Source: Octopus bimaculoides (Eukaryota). From it: a stretch of 54,461 bases of DNA. The notes below the pieces were generated by a model that was not told where the DNA came from, ran no database searches, and saw only the letters and a list, made by a program, of their open reading frames with translations. The position numbers were made by a program, and so were the translations under genes. The DNA lies in contig NC_068985.1 of assembly GCF_001194135.2 (NCBI RefSeq), forward strand, positions 10,235,541-10,290,001, written 5' to 3'. Every line of letters begins with the position of its first letter. The stretch's first letter is position 1. Positions 12,520-23,392 of the stretch are shown one piece after another.

Positions 12520-12840
12520 AACTACTCGTAAGGTCGTTAGGTCGATCGTAAGGTCGATCGTAAGGTCGTGAGTTCAATTCCCGGTGATGCGTTGTGTCCT
12601 TGAGCAAGACACTTTATTTCACGTTGCTCAAGTTCACTCACCTGGCAAACATTGAGTAGTACCTGTATTTCAAGGGACCGGCCCTGTCACACACTGTGTC
12701 ACGCTGAATATCCCCGAGAACTACATTAAGGGTACACATGTCTGTGGAGTGCTCAGCCACTTGCACGTTAATTTCATTAGCAGGCTGTTCCGTTGATCGT
12801 ATCAGCTGGGACCCTCGTCGTCGTAACCGACGGAGTGCTT
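12520..12840 (+). mobile_element. SINE family A (head type ii + tail A)
   Basis: B-box gagttcaattccc, then tccttgagcaagacactttatttcac, and tail gagaactacattaagggtacacatgtctgtggagtgctcagccacttgcacgttaatttc...cgtaaccgacggagtgc. Confidence 0.9.
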
Positions 12841-12846
12841 CTCCTG

Positions 12847-12888
<42 letters not shown>

Positions 12889-12960
12889 ATGAAGAGATAA
12901 GTGATATAGATATCCACTTTACACACCTCAACCAAGTAGCGCTCTGATAGAGCTTCAGGA

Positions 12961-13017
<57 letters not shown>

Positions 13018-13629
13018 TAATACTAGAAGTTGTCCTGAGCGCTTTAGTATGCAAGCTAAAGGAATCTTATCAAATGTGTACGCTGATGTGTGCTTATCTG
13101 TGCTTGCACTTCTGATGAAATATGAATTTTACAATGAAAAAAAAAAAAAAAAGGTAACTTAACTAATTATGTCATAGAACGTAAAATGTATTTATTTACT
13201 TAAAATGCAGTGCGAAATGTGCTGCACATTGCAAATAGAGATGTTTTGTGTTATGTTCCAAGTATTGTGTACAAACTTATCATTTTTATGAATTTCTATA
13301 TTTACATTGGATTTTTCAAATAAATACATTAATTTTCGTATAATTGAATTATTTTCTCACAAAAACAAAACAGAAAACGTGATAATGAATTGAAGGTTTA
13401 TTTAATTTAATAATTTGGTCTTGTTTTTAAAATTATAATTATGTTAAAATCACATTAAATTGTTTAAAAAAATTAATCATTCTTTTATATTATTTTCGAC
13501 GTATTCGTCTTTCGATGAATCTGATCTGGATTAATATTTTCACTGGAACTATGAACTATTCAAGAAATAAAAACTTACATGAAGAAATCTTGATTTTCGT
13601 TTCTCTTTTAGTAAGATGTGATATATTTC

Positions 13630-14452
13630 ATATGTTTTTCAACAACCCACATGGAGGCGGGGTCGTCCTCAGTGAAGATGGGTCCTGCTACATATGAAAT
13701 AGACATCGTCACTCCGGAAGATGGTCTGTACATCATCCATCCTGTTTGACTTTGAATCTCTTTGTGGTGCGTTTCCTCGTTTCATGTTTATTTTTTGGAT
13801 TCCAGTAAATGTCACTAATCACTCTCAGTTCCTGTCTTGTTACCATCGTCAAATATGGAGGAGGTAGTACTGCAGGAAGTGGCATCTGTATCAGTCAAAC
13901 TTTCTCAAACCAACTGCTATTCTAACTGCAGTCGGTCGCTGCTCTTAATGTAATGCCTGTAGCAACCAATGGATCCCCTTCCAGATTAATTCCTGGATAT
14001 GGATATGAGAGCAACCCCACCTCTTCATATTCAGTTGCCACACACATTGCATTAGGAGCAAAACTTCGTAGATTGCTGTAGACAGTTTCCTTTCAACTTT
14101 TATGAGTAGAGAGCCTTTCATTGACTTTTGCTGCCGCATGTGTAGCAGCTGAGCATTCTGTCCTGACTTGTAACTCATAGCATCTTTCTAGGATAGTTTT
14201 GATATCAGGGAAAGACATGCATAATGCCTCTTTGGCTTTTAGGATAATTCCATGAGATCAGGGAAAGAAAAGCAGCGAGGGACTTATTTTATGGACATAA
14301 TGCTGCCATTTACTTTTCTCTCTGAGATGTTTCACGCCAAATATAGTTGTTTTAAATGCAAGTTGGTAAAAGTGTTCGAAACACTTTTCTTGAAAAATGT
14401 GCGTTCCTGGACTTTAATGCTGTTGCCAAAAGTATTGTCTGCAATAATACAG
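13630..14452 (-). pseudogene. Decayed coding-like sequence, possibly a DNA-transposon remnant with a Cys-rich C-terminus
   Basis: GC content is visibly higher than the flanks. One minus frame of about 240 codons (14452-13733) has only 5 internal stops, and Cys clusters occur in an alternative frame (CYTCGS...KGNC...FCS*CNVCGN). The family cannot be assigned from sequence alone. Confidence 0.35.
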
Positions 14453-14454
14453 TA

Positions 14455-14704
14455 GAGACACAATGGTCCAGTGGTTAGGGGAGCGGACTCGCGGTCGTAG
14501 GATCGCGGTTTCGATTCCCAGTATGGGCGTTGTGAGTGTTTATTGAGCGAAAATACCTAAAGCTACACGAAGCTCCGGCGGTGGTGGGTGGGTGAAGAAC
14601 CCTGCTGTACTCTTTCACCACAGCTTTCTCTCACTCTTTCACGGGCAGGCTGTTCCGTTGATCGCATCAACTTGAACCATAGTCGTCGCAACCGACGGAG
14701 TGCC
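14455..14704 (+). mobile_element. SINE family A (head type i + tail A), internally deleted
   Basis: caatggtccagtggttagggga gcggactcgcggtcgtaggatcgcggtttcgattccc head identical in type to 31252; about 130 bp is missing at a tttcac junction. Confidence 0.9.
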
Positions 14705-14744
14705 AAGATAATATTACAATCTTTTGCCGTACTTTTGATTGGTT

Positions 14745-14925
14745 TTTAGTCTTATTTCGTCCATCTTTGTGTTCTGAGTTCAAATTCCGCCGAAGTCGAC
14801 TTTGCCGTTCTTCCTTTCTGGGTCGAAAGAATAAATACCAGTTGGACACTGGGGTCGATGTAATCGACTTAACCTTTCCCGGAAATTACTGCTAATGAGC
14901 CAGAATTTCAAACTATCCTACTTCC
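14745..14925 (+). mobile_element. SINE family D
   Basis: ctgagttcaaattccgccgaagtcgactttgcc...ataaataccagttggacactggggtcgatgtaatcgactt. Confidence 0.85.
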
Positions 14926-15270
14926 GTTAGCAGATTTATTTGGCGGTGGTGGTGGTGGTAGTAGTGATAGTAGTAGAGTTGTCTTTTCTGTTCAATATTT
15001 TATTTGGCGGCGGGGGGCGGGGTTCTGTTGTGGGAGGCTGTAATTGATTTCGGGTTTCTCAGTGGAAGAAAAATTAAACTGAAGAAAAACAAAAAGCAAA
15101 CCTACCCCCGCCCCTTATTGTCTTACCTCGTCACAGAGTAAACTTCCAAATATTTGAATAAAATCCTCGTTCGTACACTGGAGAGACAAGAGCTTTCAGA
15201 GTTAATTCAAGCACGTCAAAATAGGAGAGGAATCAATAATAATAATAATAATGAAAATAATAATGATAAT

Positions 15271-15382
15271 AAGATCAATTATTGATCAATAAAGCCATAA
15301 CTGAAGACAGCCGCAGAAAGAAGAAAGGCCTCAGTATGGCCTGGGTGGACTACCAAAAGGCTTTCGACAGTGTTCCCCACAC
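15271..15382 (+). mobile_element. Dong/R4-type non-LTR retrotransposon RT fragment abutting (TAA)n; runs into a gap
   Basis: DQLLINKAITEDSRRKKKGLSMAWVDYQKAFDSVPH is a typical R4/Dong RT domain-3 region. It is preceded directly by aataataataat. Confidence 0.8.
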
Positions 15383-15770
15383 NNNNNNNNNNNNNNNNNN
15401 NNNNNNNNNNNNNNNNNNNNNNNNNNNNNNNNNNNNNNNNNNNNNNNNNNNNNNNNNNNNNNNNNNNNNNNNNNNNNNNNNNNNNNNNNNNNNNNNNNNN
15501 NNNNNNNNNNNNNNNNNNNNNNNNNNNNNNNNNNNNNNNNNNNNNNNNNNNNNNNNNNNNNNNNNNNNNNNNNNNNNNNNNNNNNNNNNNNNNNNNNNNN
15601 NNNNNNNNNNNNNNNNNNNNNNNNNNNNNNNNNNNNNNNNNNNNNNNNNNNNNNNNNNNNNNNNNNNNNNNNNNNNNNNNNNNNNNNNNNNNNNNNNNNN
15701 NNNNNNNNNNNNNNNNNNNNNNNNNNNNNNNNNNNNNNNCAGTCCTTTATTAATTTATATAGTTTTTTGT

Positions 15771-15815
15771 TAAATTATTTCATTGCACTCTTGCAATCTC
15801 TTCAGTAACTTGTCT
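15771..15815 (-). ncRNA. Minimal type I hammerhead-ribozyme-like motif
   Basis: Minus strand: gtta CTGAAGA g attgca-agag-tgcaat GAAA taatt taac. Complete core, 6-bp stem II with a tetraloop, 4-bp stem I (gtta/taac) and a very short stem III. Confidence 0.55.
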
Positions 15816-15835
15816 CTCCACTTCCATTTATTTAG

Positions 15836-15866
<31 letters not shown>

Positions 15867-15921
15867 GATAATAATAATAATGATAATAATAATAATAGTA
15901 ATTCTAATAATAATAATAATG

Positions 15922-15994
<73 letters not shown>

Positions 15995-16228
15995 GGATAA
16001 TAATAAAGTTGATGACGATGATGATAATAATAAAGATGATGATGATGATGATGACGATGATGATGACGATCGTGTTTATGACGATGACGATCGCGATGTT
16101 GCTGCTGCTGCTGATGATGATGATGATGAGCACGATGATGATGGTGGTGGCGGTGATGATGATGATGATGATGATGATGATGCTGATGTAGATGATGATG
16201 GTGATGATGATGATGGTGATGATTGTTA
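15836..16228. repeat. (TAA)n followed by (GAT)n microsatellite
   Basis: Direct reading. Confidence 0.95.
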
Positions 16229-16844
16229 ATCTTTACATCGAAGAACTTCCAAGAATATCGACGGCATCCAACCGTTTGACATTTTAAGCCACATATAATA
16301 ACCATGTCTTTAGTCAGAATACACCGACCACATTCAATATTCCACTGCAGGCAGTTTTCTCACTGTGAATATATATATTCAGTGAACCCAAAACCATGTT
16401 TATCTCGATTATCTACAAATTACCTTAAATGATGCTTTATGTTTCTGCTCTTCTAATAAAATAGAAAATCACCGTATGTAATGCCGTATAAATAAATTAG
16501 TAACCATTTTCTGCTATCGGAACACAAAAAGGATATTTCAAATAGTTTCTTGACGTTTACGCAAAAAAGAAAAAGAAAAAAAAAAGAAATAAATAGAAAA
16601 AAAGAACGAGGAGAAAAAAACCCATTCCACGAACGAATCTTTTATAGAACTTATAATATTATTACAGTTTTGTTAAACCTCATCTTTTCTGTCTTTCTCC
16701 GTTCAAATGTCAGTAAGAATGTTTGATATCAAATATCATTTACAACGCTATTGTCCTCATAAATGATATTTGTAAGTAGATTGCTTCTATTGTCGGTAGA
16801 TTTAAAAGAAAGTCACTTTAAACTATTCACAGGTCCACAACACG

Positions 16845-16970
16845 GTGGTGAGTTGGTGCATTCGTTAAAATGGCGAGGAGAATTCTTTGAGGAATCTGAT
16901 CCGACACTCTTTGAACTCTTAGTTCAAATTACACTAAACTCGGTTTTGCCTTTCATTCTTTCGGAGTTGA
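16845..16970 (+). mobile_element. Degenerate SINE family D
   Basis: ggtggtgagttgg...cttagttcaaatt...ttttgcctttcattctttcggagttgat. Confidence 0.55.
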
Positions 16971-17097
16971 TGTTAGAGCATCTTGTGACATCTTTTCGTT
17001 CTACTTGCATTGTGATTGCAAAGAATATGGCTGCCCCCGAGTCCCACTGGTTTCGATCTTGACATCTCCCGTGATCATGTTCAGTGGCGTGGTATTA

Positions 17098-17362
17098 CTA
17101 GCACTCCGTCAGTTACGACGGAGATAGTTCCATTTGATTCGATCAATGGAAACGCCCTCCTTGTGAAGTTAACGTGTAAGTGGCTGAGCACTCTACCTAC
17201 ACGCGTAACCTTAATGCAGTTCCTAAGGAGATTAATCGTGACACAGAATACAGGTACTACTCATTGTTGCCATCTGAGTGGACTGTGCCAAGTGAAATAA
17301 AGAGACTTGCTCAAGGACTACCACGCGGCCGGGATTCGAATTCAGGACATTACGATTGCGAA
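17098..17362 (-). mobile_element. SINE family A (head ii + tail A), diverged
   Basis: The reverse complement aligns to 12540-12840. Confidence 0.85.
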
Positions 17363-17545
17363 AAATATAAAATATTAGAATTTCGATGAAAATCACAGTC
17401 TTTGGAAAGTTTGGGGGAAAAGGCTGTCAGGAAATGCATATTCATTCAACCAAACATCGTAAATGGAATATTTTGTTTTGGTTAATTTTAAAGCCTAAAT
17501 ATTGTACAGGTTTCAATTGGCCAACACTATCTGAAATAAGGAAGG

Positions 17546-17829
17546 TGCACTCCGTCGGTTACGGCGACGAGGGTCCCAGCTGATACGATCAACAGAACAG
17601 CTTGATCGTGAAATTAACGTGCAAGTGGCTGAGCGCTCCACAGACACGTGTACCCCTAACGTAGTTCTCAAGTAGATTCAGCGTGAGAAGGCTAGCCCTT
17701 TAGAATACAGGTACAACTCATTGTTGCCAGGTGAGTGGACTGGAGCCAAGTGAAATAAAGTGTCTTGCTCAAGGTCTACCATGCTGCAGGGAATCGAATT
17801 CAGGACCTTACGATCGTGAGCCGGGCGGA
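17546..17829 (-). mobile_element. SINE family A (head ii + tail A)
   Basis: The reverse complement aligns to 12540-12840 over its whole length; the 5' end is at a gap. Confidence 0.9.
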
Positions 17830-17904
17830 NNNNNNNNNNGATTCCGAATCTGGAAAAAAAAATTGTGCATTTCAAAATTTTAATTTTGAAGATTTCGAGA
17901 ACTC

Positions 17905-18006
17905 ACAAAACACGTTTTCAAAACTTTTATTTTCGCCCCTCTCCACCCCTCTGGCAAAGAAAAGAAAGTGGGTGAGGGAAATAAAAATTTTGAAAACGTG
18001 ATTTGT
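17905..18006. repeat. Inverted-repeat element (28-bp arms), MITE-like
   Basis: acaaaacacgttttcaaaacttttattt (17905-17932) versus the reverse complement of 17979-18006, with 2 mismatches. Confidence 0.7.
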
Positions 18007-18430
18007 CGTTTAGCTCCCAGCTATGGTCATCCGACAATGTAAAATTAACAGCGGACCTTGAAGAAATCCAGCAAAGCTTCACAAAGAAGATCAACAACTA
18101 AACAACTGGAAAAGGCTGAAGCAGCTAAGGCCAAATTTTGGCATTGAAATCTACACGAATGACAGAACGGGTCTACACTGCACTGTGTCACAGATCCCAG
18201 CAATGCCATCGTACTTCAAGACCAGTTATTGCAACAGCCTGGGTTTTAGGATCCCACAGCCTTTTAATATTCTCCCAAAGAACCTGAGGGTCTTACACAA
18301 AGTGGATGTAGGTGTTTTCAGATCAAAACTGCACCTCTTTCTGTCGAGAGTCCCAGATGAACCTACCTCGCAGGAAGAGGTGCAAACGAGAGTAGCCACA
18401 TGAAACGGCCTTATTCACCAAATGCCACAT
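18005..18430 (+). mobile_element. CR1-group LINE 3' end of ORF2 (decayed)
   Basis: FSSQLWSSDNVKLTADLEEIQQSFTKKI...NWKRLKQL and GFRIPQPFNILPKNLRVLHKVDVGVFRSKLHLFLSRVPDEP match the CR1-type ORF2 C-terminal pattern. Confidence 0.8.
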
Positions 18431-18454
18431 ATTAGAGGAGTCTCTCAATAATAA

Positions 18455-18510
18455 CAGGGTAGCAAAACGGCGGTGTCCCAGCATGGCTGCAGCTCTGAGC
18501 TGAAACAAAT
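18455..18510 (+). mobile_element. SINE family B 3' tail fragment
   Basis: ggcggtgtcccagcatggctgcagctctgagctgaaacaa. Confidence 0.7.
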
Positions 18511-18529
18511 ATATATACATATATATATA

Positions 18530-18708
18530 CAGGGTGTTCAAAAAGTCTCCCCACTGTAAATTTTTTTAGAAGAGTCAACTTATGTATATACAATGAAGGA
18601 CGACACTTTCAACACCTCTTATCAATTTTTTTAAAGTCTTGTAAAGACTAATATATTCTTATAAATATTTATTTTACAATAAAATACTTACTGCAGAGAG
18701 ACTTTTTG
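18530..18708. mobile_element. Tc1/mariner-type MITE, right TIR truncated
   Basis: TA|cagggtgttcaaaaagtctccccactgtaa at the left; the inverted copy ttactgcagagagactttttg at the right lacks the terminal aacaccctg. Confidence 0.65.
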
Positions 18709-18803
18709 GCATTGAAATCTACACGAATGACAGAACGGGTCTACACTGCACTGTGTCACAGATCCCAGCAATGCCATCGTACTTCAAGACCAGTTACTGC
18801 AAC

Positions 18804-19750
18804 ATCCCTATTGTATTCCTGTGAAACTTGGACCTGTTATGAAAGGCATTTTAAAATGTTAGAAAAATTCCACCAAAAATGCCTTCGTCATATTTTAAGA
18901 ATTAAATGGAATTCTTTTACTCCAAACACAGATATCCTTGCATCTGCAGGCATCCCCTCAATTAAAGCCATGATTTTGAGGAACCAATTGAGATGGTGTG
19001 GCCATATTGTTCGAATGGCAGATGAACGCATGCCGAAACAGCTGTTTTATGGTGAGCTTGCAGAGGGGAAACGTTATCGGCATAAACCTAAAAAAAGGTT
19101 TAAGGATGGCATAAGGACTGCTATGAAGTCAATTGGAATGGCTCCAAAAGATATAGAAGTCCTCGCTTCAGATCGAGTTGGATGGCGAACAAGGGTGTGG
19201 AGTGGAGTGAAAGCATTTGAAGNNNNNNNNNNNNNNNNNNNNNNNNNNNNNNNNNNNNNNNNNNNNNNNNNNNNNNNNNNNNNNNNNNNNNNNNNNNNNN
19301 NNNNNNNNNNNNNNNNNNNNNNNNNNNNNNNNNNNNNNNNNNNNNNNNNNNNNNNNNNNNNNNNNNNNNNNNNNNNNNNNNNNNNNNNNNNNNNNNNNNN
19401 NNNNNNNNNNNNNNNNNNNNNNNNNNNNNNNNNNNNNNNNNNNNNNNNNNNNNNNNNNNNNNNNNNNNNNNNNNNNNNNNNNNNNNNNNNNNNNNNNNNN
19501 NNNNNNNNNNNNNNNNNNNNNNNNNNNNNNNNNNNNNNNNNNNNNNNNNNNNNNNNNNNNNNNNNNNNNNNNNNNNNNNNNNNCAGAACTTACTTGCAGG
19601 TATTGGTAGTGCAAATCAGAGGTGCAATCTGTGTGGGTGGTTTTTCAAAACACTGTCTGGTTTAAAAAGCCACATCAGACGCCATGAAAGGGCTAAGGTG
19701 TAGGTGCAGGAGGTGGTCAAACTCTGTTTAAGGAGTAGACAACCACCATG
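18804..19750 (+). mobile_element. RTE-clade (BovB-like) LINE, 5'-truncated 3' portion of the ORF with a terminal C2H2 finger
   Basis: Stop-free SLLYSCETWTCYERHFKMLEKFHQKCLRHILRIKW...NQLRWCGHIVRMADERMPKQLFYGELAEGKR...KPKKRFKD...ASDRVGWR. After the gap it reads CNLCGWFFKTLSGLKSHIRRHERAKV* (stop 19701-19703), then a short 3' UTR and an (ATGT)n tail. Confidence 0.92.
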
Positions 19751-19762
19751 TATGTATGTATG

Positions 19763-19862
<100 letters not shown>

Positions 19863-20234
19863 CATGTGTGTGTGCATGTGTGTGCGTGGGTGTGCGTGTG
19901 TGTGCGTGTAAATACTTGCATAAATGCTGACATAATTGCATATATTCCTCTATGCATGTATACGTACTCACTTCCGCACATGCGTGTTGCTTTACGTAAA
20001 TGATATTTTGTGTTTGTTTTATTCTCATGTAAGCAAATTTTCTATCTATTATTTCAGATCGTTACTTTTAGACAATATCAATTTTATAATTGAGCAAATG
20101 TTAAACGAAATGATAATGCAAACGTTTGTAGATATTCCTAGTTTTTGTTGTTTACTTCAATTTACTGAGAATAATTACAAAAAACAAAACAAAAAGCAAG
20201 AAACAAAACGAAATCATGCAATGATGCTTGCTTC

Positions 20235-20335
20235 TATAAGCACAAAACCTGAGGTTGTTTAGGGGAATGCGTTAGTCGATTACATCGAACCCCATTGCTC
20301 GACTGCTACTTAATTTATCGACCCCGAAAGAATGA
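20235..20335 (-). mobile_element. SINE family D 3' fragment
   Basis: agtcgattacatcgaacccca...tacttaatttatcgaccccgaaagaatga. Confidence 0.75.
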
Positions 20336-20565
20336 GGTGGGGCTGTGTAGTAAGAGGCTTGCTTCCCAACCACATGTTTCTGGGATCAGTCCGACTGCAT
20401 GGCACCTTCTGCAAGTGTCTTCTACTATAGCGTCGGGCCAACCAAAGCCTCGTAAGTGGATATGATAGACGGAAACTGAAAGAAGCCCGCCGTATATGTA
20501 TATATATATACATATACATATACATATACACACATATAAACACACACATACATACATGCATACAC

Positions 20566-20598
<33 letters not shown>

Positions 20599-20825
20599 TT
20601 GTATATCTGTATGTATGTATTTGTATGTCTGATTGTCCTCGCACCATCGCTTACCAACCGATGTTGGTGTGTTTATGCCTCCGTAAGCCAGCGGCTCGGC
20701 AAAAGAGACCGATAGAATAAGTACTAGGCTTAAATAGCATATGTCCTGGGGTCGATTTATTCGACTAAAGGCGGTGCTGCAGCATGGCCGCAGTCAAATT
20801 ACTGAAACATGTAAAAGAGCAAAAG
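20336..20825 (+). mobile_element. SINE family B, full length with an expanded internal microsatellite
   Basis: Same head and 3' module as 4672-5078; the internal (TA)/(CA)/(TG) tract is about 140 bp. Confidence 0.92.
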
Positions 20826-23392
20826 AACGTCGATTTTAGTCAGAACGTCGTGACTGACGAGATGCTGGTAAGTATTTTCTCAGCCCTGTTAACGTCTCTG
20901 AAAAGCTCGCTGCCAACATGTGCCAATAAGATGAGACGAGGTAGCAGCACTGTGTGGCTATACGGAGATTATCCAGGATCTGCATTGAAATTCTGCCCCC
21001 TTGGAATCTTGTCTCTCCTGATGCTCATTACATTTTCAGCGAGTTAAACGATATTGTAGTTGCTTGGAATTTAGATTTAGATGAGGTTTAGATGAGAAAA
21101 AAGTAAAGCAACGTATGTTTGTTCTACGTCGTAACGAGTACGACCGACGAGCTGCACATATCGTCGTAGGATACCCTCACAAACATGAGCAGTTTTATTG
21201 CCAACTGGTGTATGACGTAAACCAATGAAACGGCAAGTTCGAAAACGCAAACTCTCCAACCGCGTGCTGTCGGTGTCTTCATCCGTCGTCATTTTCCACT
21301 TGTATTAAAAACTACTCAATGAGCTCTTTCGTGTTGTCACCGTTGATGAAGACGTTGCCCAGGGAGGCGACAGTCACCTGTGGAGTCACCCGCAGTCGAC
21401 CAGCACTAGTATAGCCTGAAATGCTGAAATAACCTTTTAATCTTTTCAACGAGGACGCTGTGGTTGCTTAGACCGAGCGGCATGCAGTTCTCATTATCGA
21501 TAGATACTGAACGCCTATGCACCATTATTTACGTGTTTGTTAAAAGCCTTATATCGGAAGGGAATGCCTTATCCATAGAATAGAATAAAACTAAAAGCTA
21601 AGTTATCTGAACTAAGTTTTCGACAACGAATTTCCTATGACGAGGAGCGGGAATAAGATTGACAATTCTAAAGCTAATGCATACAACTGAAGTGAGCAAC
21701 TGTGAATTTACTGCGGACTTTGAGTTTATCATCACAGCATCGTAAGAGAGACGGCATAGTTCATTACATCGGCCTAAATATTCGTATTTATTTTACAGAA
21801 CTCGAAAAAAATTCATTTATCGGCCTTGGAATAGGAACCTGTTTCCCGAACTTATAGAAACATTATTTAATATCGGAAGTTGTTTTCCCATATTCTATCA
21901 TTCATTTCCATTGTTAAAATATTTACGACATCTAACCAGAAATTTATTCAAAGGATGAAATCGATTCAGTTATTTAGAAGTAACTTATTTTACTGACATC
22001 AGAAAACCGAAGTCGATCTTGAAGAGATCGTAACTCGGAGGGAAAAGGGACGGAGCGCAACACCACATGGATGTTGTCCGATAATCAACTGAATCGGCCA
22101 TTAAGTTTACAGTAATTAGTTTCAAGTTGCCTGGCCGACATAGTTTTTGAAATGTCTGATATCGATACAAGAAATACTCGTCTATCGGCGGGAACGATTC
22201 GATCAACTACATGCTTCATCAATTCTAGACCTTGTGTCACGACCACAAATCAATAATATATCTCGTTATTGTTTTGCCAAATTTAGAAGACATTGTTCTA
22301 TGATGTCTGTAATGTTTATATTTTTTTGTATAATGGCGTCATCTTTGTTTCTTTATGGTTTCCAAGGAATTTCCCAACTATTAATGTATTACAATATAAA
22401 GAATCGAACAATGAAAAAAATAACAATAGAAAAAAAGGAGAGGAAACAAATGAGATATCCAGCTATATTTCCTGCTAAATCTAATGGTACCACATATTAA
22501 CATATGGTTTCCTTTATTTATCGATAATACAAGTGTTGCATTTTAATCGTTATTGCGCAGGAATTATATCTGAATATTAAACTCAGCAGCAGATTTACTG
22601 TCGAGAGACTTTCTAGTACAAAATAACAATTTTCTATTACGACCACATTTTGTCGCATAAAACAAGGGTTGAAACCGTGTAAAAATCACTTATATGCACC
22701 AGGATGTAATGACATTAAGGAGGTTTCATGTTTTTTTTCTATATAGCATAGTAATAATATTATGTTGATAACAAAGTTTGTACTGGGAATAGGTCTATAT
22801 AAAAATATTAGAGAAATGTGTAGCAATTCACAGAAATTTTTGATTAGTTTAAAATTTTTTAAGGCATTAAGTAGACGAGAGGTAGGGATTATCCAGTCTA
22901 TATATTCTTCATATCCTGACAATATGTTTGCGGTACTTTGGCTTACTACTAACTAGTTATTCAAGTCCAGAGCCATTATGCATTATCATCTACGATCATG
23001 TAGATATGCTTTTGGACTCAGTTGATTTAAAATCACGTACATTTACTTCATGTACTCAGATAGACTACATGAGGGAGAATTTAACTCTCGCTGTTTAATC
23101 TTTCAGAATATAAATTTATTGCCGTAATCACAAATAAATCATAATTTATAAGAAACTTCTTGGTAAAAATAATCTAACTACAAAAATGAATGAAGTGCTC
23201 TGTGATTTTCGTATGTGCCTTGTTATCAATTATATGTGTGCCGGATGGAAATCAATTCAGTTTTGTATAATTTTGGGAAAGCTTTTTCACGAAAGAAATT
23301 TATTCCATTGGATGCAAAATACATTCATTTTTCGATGCATTCATCAATTGCTGGAGGCTTCTGTAACTAACAATAGCCTTTTGGCTATTTAC

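Noticed and set aside
15783-16305. Poly-Asn/Asp, poly-Ile/Met and poly-His ORFs
   Set aside because: Frames of the (TAA)n and (GAT)n microsatellites.
10910-18430. Idea that the CR1 RT fragment and the CR1 3' end are one interrupted element
   Set aside because: Same strand and order, but 6.7 kb of unrelated sequence with no matching TSDs lies between them; not supportable.
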